64,000 bases of DNA. Source: Candidatus Sericytochromatia bacterium (GTDB taxonomy: Bacteria; Cyanobacteriota; Sericytochromatia; S15B-MN24; JAQBPE01). The notes beneath the pieces are model-generated. The model did no database searches. It saw only the letters and a program-made list of their open reading frames with translations, and had not been told where the DNA came from. Numbering within the stretch: the stretch's first letter is position 1; each line of letters starts with the position of its first letter. Shown here one piece after another: positions 1 through 17,524 of the stretch. The position numbers and the translations under genes are program-made. The stretch spans positions 7,516 through 71,515 of the forward strand of contig JAKFEW010000058.1 of assembly GCA_036675505.1 (NCBI GenBank). The letters run 5' to 3'.

Positions 1-950
1 CCGTCTACAGCGACATCCTCGAGAAGCACCAGCTGGGCGTGGACGTGCGCTACGGCATCATGAGCCAGCGCTTTTCCTACAACGCGCAGTACGTGAACCG
101 CATGTTCGGCTCGAGCTGGATGGTCAGCCTCTTCGACCAGCCCCAGATCGCGCTCTCGCCGGACGTGGGCCTCAACGGCCGGCCGGTCGTCGAGAGCCTG
201 TACTTCCAGCGGATGCGCGGCGCGTCGCTGGGCGTCCAGACCCCGCTCCCCGGCGGCCGCAGCCTGACGACCGGCGCGCAGATGGGCACGCTGAGCACGC
301 TGATGGATCCCTACGTCGGCAGCTACGGCCAGCTCAAACAGGGCCAGCTCAACACCCTGAGCGCCGTGTTGAACGAACAGAACGTCAAGAACACGATCGA
401 CGGCGACATCAACCCCTCGGATGGCTACCGCATGGCCCTGGGCATGACGATGTCCGACCGGAACATCGGCTCGAACTTCAACTTCTCGCAGTACGTGTTC
501 CAGGGCGAGCGTTACTTCGCGATCAACCCGGACCTCCGCCACAACCTGACCTGGCGCTGGAACCTCGGCCTGATCAACGGCGACGCGCCGCAGCCCTTCC
601 TGCTCGGCGGCGCGAACGGCTCCAACTCGATTTTCGCGCTTCGCGGCTACGCGGTGGGTGCCTTCTCGGGGACGCGCCTCGCCACGACGGGCGTGGAGTA
701 CACGCTGCCGCTGCTGACGCACATCGATAAGATGTTCGGCCCGCTCTACCTCGACCGCCTCTACGTCGCGGCGTTCACGGACGTGGGCTCGGCCTGGCAG
801 GACGGCGCGGCGAGCAACCCGTTCGCCAGCGCCGGCGGCGAGATCCGGCTCCGCACGTCGGTGATGGGGCGGCAGATGCTGACGTTCCGGATCGGGCTGG
901 CGAAGAAGCTGGGGTCTTCGGACTTCCCCGGCTTCTACCTCACGTTCTAA
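1..950 (+). CDS. Outer-membrane beta-barrel protein, Omp85/BamA (surface antigen D15) family, C-terminal part; 5'-partial, the ORF enters from upstream of the window
   Basis: Open frame from position 3, no stop until 950. The C-terminus ends in Phe (…GFYLTF). It has alternating beta-strand periodicity and a G..N..x.RGY-type motif (FALRGYAVGAFSG) typical of the Omp85 C-terminal barrel. Confidence 0.45.
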   Translation, partial: VYSDILEKHQLGVDVRYGIMSQRFSYNAQYVNRMFGSSWMVSLFDQPQIALSPDVGLNGRPVVESLYFQRMRGASLGVQTPLPGGRSLTTGAQMGTLSTLMDPYVGSYGQLKQGQLNTLSAVLNEQNVKNTIDGDINPSDGYRMALGMTMSDRNIGSNFNFSQYVFQGERYFAINPDLRHNLTWRWNLGLINGDAPQPFLLGGANGSNSIFALRGYAVGAFSGTRLATTGVEYTLPLLTHIDKMFGPLYLDRLYVAAFTDVGSAWQDGAASNPFASAGGEIRLRTSVMGRQMLTFRIGLAKKLGSSDFPGFYLTF

Positions 951-982
951 CCCGAACAGGAACTCTTTCCCTCTCCGGGTAA

Positions 983-1462
983 TCAGCGCTGCATGGCCTG
1001 CCACTCGGCCATCTTGGTGATCGCCTCGGCCTCCTGGTAGGCGTCGACGGCGAGCAGGGTGTTGATCACGAACACCGAAGCGAACATCGGCAGGTAGAGC
1101 GGCGAGTTCGTGCCCAACGACAGCTCGACGAAGGTGAGGCCCGCCGCGCCGGCGGTCAGGCCTGCACCGAGGACCGGTCGCTGCCAGTTGTAGATGTAGC
1201 CGGCGCCGCCCAGGACGAAGTTGAGGCCGCCCGCGATCCACGGGTTCTTCGGCGACAGCTTCGCCATTGGCTCCGCCGCCGCGGGGTCCGGGCAGGGCGC
1301 TTCGGCGGCCGCGCGGGCGTCGAGCGGCGCGGCCAGGACATCGACAGCGGCGACCTCGATGGGCGTGAGGCCGATGGCCGCCTCGGCCGCCGACGCGGCC
1401 GCGGTCAGGCTCGGCGTGAGGGTCAGGGCCGCGGCGATGAGTATGGCGTGGACGAGCTTCAT
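983..1462 (-). CDS. Small exported/membrane protein (159 aa) with an N-terminal signal peptide and a C-terminal hydrophobic segment; hypothetical
   Basis: ATG at 1462 is preceded by GGAGA. Signal-peptide-like MKLVHAILIAAALTLTPSLTAAASA. The long upstream extension in the ORF track has no RBS and is a high-GC artefact. Confidence 0.4.
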   Translation of the reverse strand: MKLVHAILIAAALTLTPSLTAAASAAEAAIGLTPIEVAAVDVLAAPLDARAAAEAPCPDPAAAEPMAKLSPKNPWIAGGLNFVLGGAGYIYNWQRPVLGAGLTAGAAGLTFVELSLGTNSPLYLPMFASVFVINTLLAVDAYQEAEAITKMAEWQAMQR

Positions 1463-1640
1463 TCCGGAGTCTCCTCGGGCGTGGGCGGGCAGGCGAGCCT
1501 GTGACGCCTCTTTTGTACCCGGCGCATTCGGCAAATCGGGCTTTTCCCGAATTTCACCCACGGAGGCGCGTTTGTCGCTCGCCTGTCGCCGGGCATGCCT
1601 TATAGTGGCGCTGCCGAAAGAGACCCGGAGGACCCGCACC

Positions 1641-2603
1641 ATGTCGACCGTCGACCGCAAGCAGATCCCCACGACGCCCGCCGTGGCCGCGACCGACAAG
1701 GTCGCGAAGCAACCGGCCAGCCAACAGCCGGCCGATAGCCGGCCCGTGACCGGCGCGCAGCCCACCGTCACCACGGACGAACAGGCGCTCGGGACCGACA
1801 AGGGCCCGCGGACGTCCATCGGCTTGCCCGGCCAGCCCGGCGCGGCCGCGGCGCCGGTGCCGCCTTACGCGAAGAGCTTCGGCAGCGCGAGCTACGTGAA
1901 GGACGGCGGCGACGGCAACCTGGTCGGCCTGGCCCGCCGCGTCGCGGCGACGAGCCCCGAGCTCGCCAACGGCGCGTTCGGGAAGAACGCCAAGCTCGGC
2001 AAGCTGAGCGCGGACGACGTGAAGACGCTCCAGAAGCACCTCGAGTCGAAGGGTTACAGCGTGGGCGAGAAGGGCACCGACGGAAAATACGGGCCACAGA
2101 CCCACCGCGCCCTCGCGGCGTATCTGGCGGGCGAGCAGCCGGTCGACGGTAGCAAGCCTGTCGACGGCGAAATCCCCGCCGGCGGCCCGATGCAGGGCGC
2201 CGGCATGGAGAAAGACGGCCTGCGCATCCCCGCCGGCGAGGGCCGCGCCACCACCTTCTGGAACGGCCACATGGCCTACAAGGGCAAGTACGACATGAAC
2301 AACCGCCAGAACAAGGGCCTGGGCGCCTGGGGCGACAAGAACGCGCCGACCGACTACTTCGTGGCCCTGCCGGTCAAGGACAAGAAGTGGCACAACCAGA
2401 AGATCCTGATCACCAACCCGGCGACCGGCCAGCAGGTGGTGGCCCGGGTGCAGGACAAGGGCCCTGGGGCCAGCACCGGCGCGAAGATCGACCTCTCGCC
2501 GGTCACGATGGAGGCGATCGGCGGCAACTTCAAGGGGGACCTCAAGCGGGTGAAATTCGAGTTCGCGCCGGCCGACGCGCCCGTGGGACCGGTGCGGCGT
2601 TGA
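1641..2603 (+). CDS. Peptidoglycan-binding domain plus RlpA-like double-psi beta-barrel (DPBB) domain protein
   Basis: ATG at 1641 with GGAGGA 8 nt upstream. PG_binding_1-like segment (DDVKTLQKHLESKGYSVGEKGTDGKYGPQTHRALAAYL). The C-terminal segment KILITNPATGQQVVARVQDKGPGASTGAKIDLSPVTMEAIG matches the RlpA/DPBB core (VRVTN..NGRSVVVRVNDRGP…IDLS). Confidence 0.6.
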   Translation: MSTVDRKQIPTTPAVAATDKVAKQPASQQPADSRPVTGAQPTVTTDEQALGTDKGPRTSIGLPGQPGAAAAPVPPYAKSFGSASYVKDGGDGNLVGLARRVAATSPELANGAFGKNAKLGKLSADDVKTLQKHLESKGYSVGEKGTDGKYGPQTHRALAAYLAGEQPVDGSKPVDGEIPAGGPMQGAGMEKDGLRIPAGEGRATTFWNGHMAYKGKYDMNNRQNKGLGAWGDKNAPTDYFVALPVKDKKWHNQKILITNPATGQQVVARVQDKGPGASTGAKIDLSPVTMEAIGGNFKGDLKRVKFEFAPADAPVGPVRR

Positions 2604-2664
2604 GCCAAGCGATGCCTGCCCGGGTACAAATCCCTTGATCGCTCGTCCGTGAAGGGGGCATGCC

Positions 2665-3192
2665 ATGGCCGATATCGGAGCAACCGGGGGCTCGAGCCCG
2701 CTCAACCAGGGCGCGGCGCGCACGGCGCCGCTCGACGCGCGTAAATCGCCCGAGCCTCAGGCGAAGATCGGGACCGACGGCCTGACGCTTTCGACGGGCA
2801 GCAAGGCCGAGCCCCAGTACTTCGGCCATTCCCCGCGCGTCACGGTCTCGCTGATGATGAAGCAGCCGATCTGGGCCGACGATCGCAGCGACGTCACGCC
2901 GGCACAATGGGCCCAGATGCCCGAGTCGCAGCGCCAGGAGATCCTCGCGCTGATCCCGCGCGAGGCCGCCAAGGCCCAGTTCCTCTCGAACGTCGATCCG
3001 GCGGTGGTCAAGGCCAAGGCCGAACTCGGCGCGCTGGCCAAGAAAGCCTGGGAGGGCGCCCTGGCCTGGAGCGCGGAGCAAGACGCGAAGAAGGCCCGGG
3101 CGGGGGAGGCCCCGCCGGCCCCGACCGCAGACGCCCAGGTCGATCGGCTGAACGCGCTGATCGAATCGAGCGAGCCGAAGCCCACGCCCTGA
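2665..3192 (+). CDS. Hypothetical protein (175 aa), Ala/Lys-rich C-terminus
   Basis: ATG at 2665 with GAAGGGGG upstream. No recognisable family. Confidence 0.4.
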   Translation: MADIGATGGSSPLNQGAARTAPLDARKSPEPQAKIGTDGLTLSTGSKAEPQYFGHSPRVTVSLMMKQPIWADDRSDVTPAQWAQMPESQRQEILALIPREAAKAQFLSNVDPAVVKAKAELGALAKKAWEGALAWSAEQDAKKARAGEAPPAPTADAQVDRLNALIESSEPKPTP

Positions 3193-3221
3193 CGGGCTCG
3201 TCGCCGCAGGCCGAGGCGGCG

Positions 3222-4040
3222 TCAGATGTCGCTGGTCAGGATGAAGCGCCAGTCGCTGCGTCCCATCCGGTGGTGCACGATGCTGGCCGTGGCGATCGGC
3301 AGCACCCCGCGGGCCGCCAGCGCGATCGCCATCGGGTCGCCGTGCGGCGCGCAGAACATGTGGGTGTGACCCACCTGCGGCCCCTTGCGGTTGGTCGGCG
3401 CGACGCCCTTGCCCAGGGGATCCCAGGTCACATGCACGAGCGGCATCGGCTGGCCGGTGGAGCCCAGCACCAGGTCCTTCACGCCGCCCAGCGACAGCAT
3501 GCCGATGTGGCCGCGGAACTGCTCGATCAGCGGCTTGAGGTCCGCGATCGTGGCGGCGTCCACGCCGTAGATGCCGAGCTCGGGGCCGAGCTCGAAGAGC
3601 GCCCAGCGGAAGTGCCGCACCAGCCTCACGATGCGATTCGGGCTGCCGTCGCCCGGGTTCATGCTGATGCCGTAGCCGCGCGGCGCCCGGGCATAGTTCA
3701 GCGGGAAATCGCCCTTCGCGAGCATGGTGAGCGGCAGGTGGCGGCCGCGGTAGTCCGGGTGGACCTTCACGTCGCAGAGATACCAGACCCGCGTCGGCGC
3801 CTCACCCACGCGCAACGGCACGGTGCGCAGCACGCCGGCACCCACGGCGGCCAAGCGCTCGCCGTCCATCATCGCGAGATACTTGAGGTCGCCGAGGCGC
3901 TCGAAGAAGGCGAAGTAATCCTCGCCGTGGTCGATCTGGAACGTGTCCTCGCCGAGCGGGTAGGTGGCGATGCGTTCTAGGTCGGCCACCGGGCCCTGGA
4001 GCGCGGCGCGGTTGCGGGCGTTCACCCAAACACGGCGCAT
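3222..4040 (-). CDS. Putative GNAT-fold N-acyltransferase; alternative TTG start at 4076
   Basis: GNAT motif-A-like segment VKVHPDYRGRHLPLTMLAKG. ATG at 4040 has AAGGA-like upstream sequence. The TTG at 4076 would overlap the upstream gene's stop. Confidence 0.4.
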   Translation of the reverse strand: MRRVWVNARNRAALQGPVADLERIATYPLGEDTFQIDHGEDYFAFFERLGDLKYLAMMDGERLAAVGAGVLRTVPLRVGEAPTRVWYLCDVKVHPDYRGRHLPLTMLAKGDFPLNYARAPRGYGISMNPGDGSPNRIVRLVRHFRWALFELGPELGIYGVDAATIADLKPLIEQFRGHIGMLSLGGVKDLVLGSTGQPMPLVHVTWDPLGKGVAPTNRKGPQVGHTHMFCAPHGDPMAIALAARGVLPIATASIVHHRMGRSDWRFILTSDI

Positions 4041-4072
4041 GGAAGTCCTTTCCGGTCGACGATGAGGCTGGA

Positions 4073-5188
4073 TCAAGGGCGGGACGGGACATCGGCCGCG
4101 AAGGCGGCCACGATTTCCTGGTAGAAGAACGAGCGATCGGCCGACGCGAGCTCGCGGGACAACTTGGCGTCGACGCCGACGTGGCCCTGGAGCTCTTCGG
4201 CGAGATCATAGTCGCCATTGAGCCTTCGCGCGAGGATCGCCCCGCCGGGCACGAGCGCCGCGGGCAGGCGGGCGAACAGCGCACGCAGATCCTCGCGCGG
4301 CATCCAGTCGGTGATGTTGGAGGTGTGGATCAGGTCGTAGGGCTGGGACGCCGCCAGGGGACCGAGGTTGGCCTCGAGCGTGCCCGCGTGGAGCCGCAAG
4401 TCCGCGAGGCCGCGGCGACGCAACTGGCCGCGTGCCTCGGCGCGCATGTAGGCGGGCAGGCCGGCCTCGCCGGGCGGATAGGCGTCGCGGAAGACCTGGT
4501 ACAGGTAGAGGTTGTCGGGCGGCTTCCAGCGCTGGAGCGCCGTCGCGAAGACCTGGGCGAAGTGCGCGGCGAAGGACCGCTGCGTCGAGTACATGACCGC
4601 GCGCGCGCCGAACAGCTCGACCAGGCGCTCGCGCCGGAAGACCCGCTGGAAAATCGCGAACCAGTCGGGGCTCACGAGGGCCTCGCCGGGCCTCGCGACC
4701 GGGTCGAGCCCACGGGCGGCGAACGCGGCCGCGAGCTCGCGGAAGAGCACCTCGAAGCGGCCGGCGCGGTTCAGGCCGAAGGCGAGCTGGGCGGGGCGGG
4801 CGTCCCACCAGTCGCGCGTCGCGGCCGGCAGCTCGATGCGCAGCCGGCCGTACACGCGGGCGGGCGCCGCCGGGTCATGGCCCGGGTCGGCGCCCAGCAG
4901 CGCGAGCTGATCCGCCGGGTCGAGGCGCACGGCCCCCCAGGCGCGCAGCATCGTGAGGTGGAGCTGGGCCGGGTTGGGGTCGACGGCGTCAACCACCGCG
5001 ACCTCCGGCCGGGCCAGCACGGCGAGCGCGTTGCAGCCGCCCGAGGCGATCATGAGCACGCGCAGGGGCCGGCGGCGGCGCTCGGCGAGCAGCCTGATCA
5101 CCGCCAACTCGGCGCCGGGATCCTCGCGGACCTGCGAGAACGCCAGCTCCGGCACCGGCTGAGCCTCAGCCGGCGAGGAGATCGTCAT
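4073..5188 (-). CDS. BtaA-like / DUF3419 S-adenosylmethionine-dependent transferase family protein
   Basis: 371 aa. Conserved blocks (LYLYQVFRDAYPPGE, DLIHTSNITDWM) characteristic of the DUF3419/BtaA N-terminal SAM-binding family. Its start overlaps the upstream gene by 23 nt. Confidence 0.5.
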   Translation of the reverse strand: MTISSPAEAQPVPELAFSQVREDPGAELAVIRLLAERRRRPLRVLMIASGGCNALAVLARPEVAVVDAVDPNPAQLHLTMLRAWGAVRLDPADQLALLGADPGHDPAAPARVYGRLRIELPAATRDWWDARPAQLAFGLNRAGRFEVLFRELAAAFAARGLDPVARPGEALVSPDWFAIFQRVFRRERLVELFGARAVMYSTQRSFAAHFAQVFATALQRWKPPDNLYLYQVFRDAYPPGEAGLPAYMRAEARGQLRRRGLADLRLHAGTLEANLGPLAASQPYDLIHTSNITDWMPREDLRALFARLPAALVPGGAILARRLNGDYDLAEELQGHVGVDAKLSRELASADRSFFYQEIVAAFAADVPSRP

Positions 5189-5942
5189 ACAGCGTCCAGA
5201 ACCAGTGCGCGCCCAGGGCGAGCCCGAGGGCGACCTCGGCGCGGGCGCGTGGCTCGGCCCAGGCGGGGGCGGCGATCGCGAAGAGGTCGCGCGCGTGGAT
5301 GACGTCGAGCTCCTCGTGGACCTCGTAGTGGCGCTGGCTGCCGGGCGCGACCCAGCCGCGGGCGTGGATTGTGCGAGCGATCGCCGCGCTCACCCCCACG
5401 TAAGCATGCTCGACCGCGCCGAGCGCCGCCGCACCCGCCTCCGGCCCGCGCGTCAGGCTCCATCCGAGCAGCGCCTGTTCGAATGCGAGCACGGCGGTGG
5501 GCGCCGGCATGGCGAGCTCCTGGGGCGTCGCGCCGAGCGCGAGCAGGTAGCCGAGGTAGGTGTGCTTGTGGCTGGCCGCGGCTGTGCCGTGGCCATGCTC
5601 CTCGGCCACGTTGCGGCTCAGCGCGAGCCGCTCCTCGAGCACCGGCATGCGCGCGAGGGTGGCCGCGAGCGCCCGCGAAAAGCCCTCCACCGCGTGGCGG
5701 AACGGCAGCTGGCTGGCCCTGAACGCGTCGCGATCGGTCGCCGGGCCCGTCATCCAGGCCAGGTAGGGGTGGGCGGCGAAGTCGTAGGCCGCATCGACGG
5801 CGGCGATCGCCGCTTCCAGGGTCGGGAGCGCCGCGATCTCGGCGGGCGCCAGCGCCGGCGGCCGGCACGGGCCGAGCGGGGTCGCTCGCACGAGGCGCTC
5901 GGCTGCGTCGATCGGGCTCGGGAGGGCTTCGCCAGGGGTCAT
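5166..5942 (-). CDS. Heme-oxygenase-like fold iron-containing redox enzyme (TenA/PqqC/CADD/HDO superfamily)
   Basis: 258 aa from ATG at 5942. Several E..H motifs (EEHGHG, HKHTYLGY, EHAY, EVHEELDVIHARD) are consistent with diiron HO-like oxidases. The upstream ORF-track extension is a GC artefact. Confidence 0.5.
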   Translation of the reverse strand: MTPGEALPSPIDAAERLVRATPLGPCRPPALAPAEIAALPTLEAAIAAVDAAYDFAAHPYLAWMTGPATDRDAFRASQLPFRHAVEGFSRALAATLARMPVLEERLALSRNVAEEHGHGTAAASHKHTYLGYLLALGATPQELAMPAPTAVLAFEQALLGWSLTRGPEAGAAALGAVEHAYVGVSAAIARTIHARGWVAPGSQRHYEVHEELDVIHARDLFAIAAPAWAEPRARAEVALGLALGAHWFWTLYDDLLAG

Positions 5943-6077
5943 GGTCACACGGGACGCGGGGGTGGGGGCACCCCTTCTTTCCCGCCCGCCGCGCGGGGCA
6001 AACCCCACCTGTGGCGAGCTCCGCCCGTCTGCTACAATGGCTCGCCCGTCACCCAGGGCGGGCCCATTGCCGAGGAG

Positions 6078-6854
6078 GAGCCGCCCATGCCGTCGATGTC
6101 GTTCCCGGACCTGATGAGCAAGAAGGAATCGCTCGGGCGCCCCTTGATCATGGGTCACCGCGGCGCGATGGGCCACGCGCCGGAGAACACGCTCGCGAGC
6201 TTCAAGCTCGCCCACGAGATGGGCGTGGATGCCGTCGAGCTCGACGTGCACCTCTCGGCCGATGGCGTGCTCGTCGTGCACCACGACGAGACCCTGGAGC
6301 GCACGACCAGCGGCAACGGCGAGATCTCGGCGATGACGCTCGAACAGCTCCGCCAGCTCGACGCCGGCGCGAAGTTCTCCAAGGACTACGCCGGCGAGCG
6401 CATCCCGACGCTCGAGGAGGTCCTGACCTGGGCCAAGGGCGTCGAGCTGCCGGTGGTGATCGAGTTCAAGCGCAACCCCAACGTGCGCGCGATCGTCGAG
6501 GCGGCGATCGGCCTGGTGGAGCGCATGCAGGCCGGCGCCGACGTGGCGTTCATCTCGTTCGACCACTTCGTGCCTGCGGGCCTCAAGCAGGCCCGCCCGC
6601 AGTGGACGACCGGCGTGCTCTACGTGGGCCGCCCTGTCGATCCGGTCGCGCTCGCGGCGAGCGCGGGCGCGGACGGGTTGCTGCCGAACTTCTACTTCGT
6701 GGAGCAGGAAGACGTGGCGCGGGCGCACGCGGCGCAGAAGTGGGTGGGCTGCTGGGCGCCGAACTCGGAGCGGGAGCTGGGCTACGCGATTTCGCAGGGG
6801 GTGGACATGATCGGGACGAACTTCCCGGACCGGCTCCAGGCGCTGTTGAAGTAG
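6078..6854 (+). CDS. Glycerophosphodiester phosphodiesterase (GDPD family)
   Basis: ATG at 6078 with GAGGAGGA 7 nt upstream. HRGAMGHAPENTL and ELDVHLSADGVLVVHHD catalytic motifs. Confidence 0.75.
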   Translation, partial: EPPMPSMSFPDLMSKKESLGRPLIMGHRGAMGHAPENTLASFKLAHEMGVDAVELDVHLSADGVLVVHHDETLERTTSGNGEISAMTLEQLRQLDAGAKFSKDYAGERIPTLEEVLTWAKGVELPVVIEFKRNPNVRAIVEAAIGLVERMQAGADVAFISFDHFVPAGLKQARPQWTTGVLYVGRPVDPVALAASAGADGLLPNFYFVEQEDVARAHAAQKWVGCWAPNSERELGYAISQGVDMIGTNFPDRLQALLK

Positions 6855-6898
6855 CTTCCGCCTCGCTCTGGAGGCATCTTCTCATACCAGGACACCAA

Positions 6899-6935
6899 GC
6901 CCCTTCCCCAGGTGGGTTAGTGGAAGGGGTGTGGC
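6899..6935. repeat. Degenerate/truncated copy of the 45-bp TIR repeat (ccccttccccaGGTGGGTTaGTGGaaGGGGtg)
   Basis: Aligns to the repeat family found at 11428, 26305, 26420, 36807 and 43579 with an internal deletion. It sits at the boundary between the high-GC region and the low-GC island. Confidence 0.4.
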
Positions 6936-7218
6936 CAAAGCGCGCAATACCCAAGATACCCTCGCATCAGCCGCCTGATTGGCGTAGCGGCGTTCTTGGT
7001 CTCGCTTGATTCGGAATAATTTGAACACGTCGGTCTCGGCGGTGGCGCAAGACCGGATCTGCATGGTGCCTGGGCGGGCATCTGCCCAGGCCGACCCGAC
7101 CGCACTACTCCATGCCAACGAACAGCAAGTGGCCCTCAGGAAGCCCGTGGCCTCGGTCAGTCCGAATCCACGCGCCGGCTCCCATAGACCACTGAGGCCA
7201 CCAGATTTTAAGGAGTCG

Positions 7219-7662
7219 TCATTCCGATCGCGCGAGCGCGACGGGGATCGCTGCCACAAGGTCTTCCAGTCGATCGGGAACAACTAGGTTCTCGGCCGGA
7301 GTGAATTTGAAGCCCTCGCGTGCGCCGGCATTCCGGGTGGGTGTGAGCGTAATAGCGCCGTCGGCCAGAATGAGATCTACGTATCGTGTGCCCTTCATGA
7401 AGGTCGCCCAGGACTTTACGTTTGCCGCGTCGAGCACTGGCTGGAACAAGATCTTGTACTGCTCCTGCGACGGTTGAGGCGCATCGTAAACCGAAGCCGA
7501 GAGGGCCTCACGGACCTTCGATGCGATGGTAATCGCATCTACTGCCCCCTCCTCGATGACCATTACAGGGACACCAGAAACCCAGATTCCCTTGGTCGTT
7601 CGATGATTCGGGAGGATGAAAAGGAATGATCCTCGTTGGTAAAGCGATGCGCCTTTTTTCAT
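7219..7662 (-). CDS. Hypothetical protein (147 aa) in the low-GC island
   Basis: ORF with ATG at 7662. It lies 10 nt downstream of the preceding gene's stop. No recognisable family. Confidence 0.4.
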   Translation of the reverse strand: MKKGASLYQRGSFLFILPNHRTTKGIWVSGVPVMVIEEGAVDAITIASKVREALSASVYDAPQPSQEQYKILFQPVLDAANVKSWATFMKGTRYVDLILADGAITLTPTRNAGAREGFKFTPAENLVVPDRLEDLVAAIPVALARSE

Positions 7663-7671
7663 TTTTCGCCT

Positions 7672-8235
7672 CTACGGGAAAACAAAGAACCGAACCGTGA
7701 CACCTAGTCGCGCTGCTTCCTGGATCGCTTGATTGACCACTAATTGTTGCTCAGCACTGGGTATCCTGGGAATTGCGATGTCGAGAGCGCGTCCTGTGAT
7801 TTCACTTGGTTGCACGATCACACCCTTCCAGGCCCGGCCTTCGAACTTTGCGATCGCGTTGATCTGCTTCGCCAACTCGCTCTTCAACTTTGATGGTATC
7901 TGATAGCTGGCCGCATTGAGATCCATCGTCTTGATGCTCGTCGCTATGCCATCCTCCATTCGGTCGATGACCGGGAAGTCGAACGGAAGGTGTGGGGATC
8001 GCCCCAGCGCTTCTTCGATTAGCCTGCCGCGTTCGAGCGGGGGAAGCCCCCAAACGCTGGGCGAGAGACCATGGCCACCTGGCGTCGTAACACCACATGC
8101 CTTTTTTGCGATTCGATCGCGGAACGACGGCGGAATCAGGTCTGCGGCGGCCTTCATTACGAACGGCGCGCCTGCGACAATGATCTTGCCCGCCGCGTAG
8201 CCAGCAGCCAATTCGGCGGCGTCCTGCGGCGTCAT
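7672..8235 (-). CDS. Hypothetical protein (187 aa) in the low-GC island; possibly toxin-like, speculative
   Basis: ATG at 8235 overlaps the stop of the upstream gene by 1 nt (TAATG). No family recognised by eye. Confidence 0.4.
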   Translation of the reverse strand: MTPQDAAELAAGYAAGKIIVAGAPFVMKAAADLIPPSFRDRIAKKACGVTTPGGHGLSPSVWGLPPLERGRLIEEALGRSPHLPFDFPVIDRMEDGIATSIKTMDLNAASYQIPSKLKSELAKQINAIAKFEGRAWKGVIVQPSEITGRALDIAIPRIPSAEQQLVVNQAIQEAARLGVTVRFFVFP

Positions 8236-8783
8236 TAGGAGTACTTGAAGGGCGGGTCGTAGGGTACGGCCTGCAACTTGTAGCCCTGAGCCGCCGGCGT
8301 TGACTCAGCCTGCCGGTAGACGTCCTGCTCGAGCGCATAGATGCTGACAGGGTCGTCGTTCTCCAGGTAGACCCATCCCTCAGGAGTACTGACTGCCAAC
8401 GAGGTGCTGGGGTCGACGCCGGCGCCGTTCAGCGAGGCGGTTGATTGGGACATCTCGAAGGCCTTCAGGTCTACGAGGTCGTCAACCCCATCAGCGCCTA
8501 GCTCGGGCCAGTCGGCGGCCAGTGCATCCCAGACGCTCTGGGAGACGCTCATCAACTTCCGCTTCGGCGCGACAGTAGCTACTGCCTGAAAGGGCGCCTG
8601 CTGTGCCGTCGGTGAAAAACCAGCTTGGCGGTCAGGATGGGCTGCTGACATGAAAGCAACGCCATCGCAAGGAGCAAGGACGTTCCCCGGGAAAACATCC
8701 GGCATGAGGACATGAGCTTTGCTCCATTGTGAAACATCGGTTTTCCCTTGCCGCCGCAGCGGCTCAATTGTCTTCCCCAGCAT
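8235..8783 (-). CDS. Hypothetical protein (182 aa; an acidic C-terminal half) in the low-GC island
   Basis: ATG at 8783. Downstream-coupled to 7672..8235. Start uncertain; an internal Met (MSVSQ…) is also possible. Confidence 0.35.
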   Translation of the reverse strand: MLGKTIEPLRRQGKTDVSQWSKAHVLMPDVFPGNVLAPCDGVAFMSAAHPDRQAGFSPTAQQAPFQAVATVAPKRKLMSVSQSVWDALAADWPELGADGVDDLVDLKAFEMSQSTASLNGAGVDPSTSLAVSTPEGWVYLENDDPVSIYALEQDVYRQAESTPAAQGYKLQAVPYDPPFKYS

Positions 8784-8823
8784 GCCCTTACTCGGCGTAC
8801 CTCAAACCCTTGCTCGGTTAACG

Positions 8824-8853
8824 ATTGTAAACATGCGGACAGAGTGCATTTAA
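8824..8853 (-). promoter_or_regulatory. Candidate sigma70-type promoter for the island operon (-35 TTAAAT, 18-nt spacer, -10 TACAAT on the minus strand)
   Basis: AT-rich stretch 8800-8870 between the megasynthase stop and the island genes. Hexamers read directly from the sequence. Confidence 0.25.
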
Positions 8854-8974
8854 TGCGAGTTATCCGACCATGTCCTCTGCGAATTCCCGGCCCCAGCTGC
8901 CCGCCGCGAGAGCGCGCGGGAGTCGACGACTCGACGGCGGCATAGAAAAGGCCGATCTGCCCCCGCGGCGAGCC

Positions 8975-17520
<8,546 letters not shown>

Positions 17521-17524
<4 letters not shown>

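Noticed and set aside
3192-3222. Hairpin CGCCGC…GCGGCG between convergent genes as a terminator
   Set aside because: It has only a 6-bp stem with an 8-nt loop and no U-tract, so the evidence is too weak.
5166-6728. 520-aa ORF, and 5205..6854 + 549-aa ORF
   Set aside because: The extensions upstream of Met 5942 (minus) and Met 6078 (plus) are low-complexity and overlap each other. The true genes are 5166..5942 and 6078..6854, which are divergent and each carry motifs only in those segments.
6985-7060. Possible tRNA or integration-site remnant next to the low-GC island (GTTCAAAT-like T-loop candidate)
   Set aside because: No acceptor/T-arm pairing can be built around it. No cloverleaf is evident on either strand.
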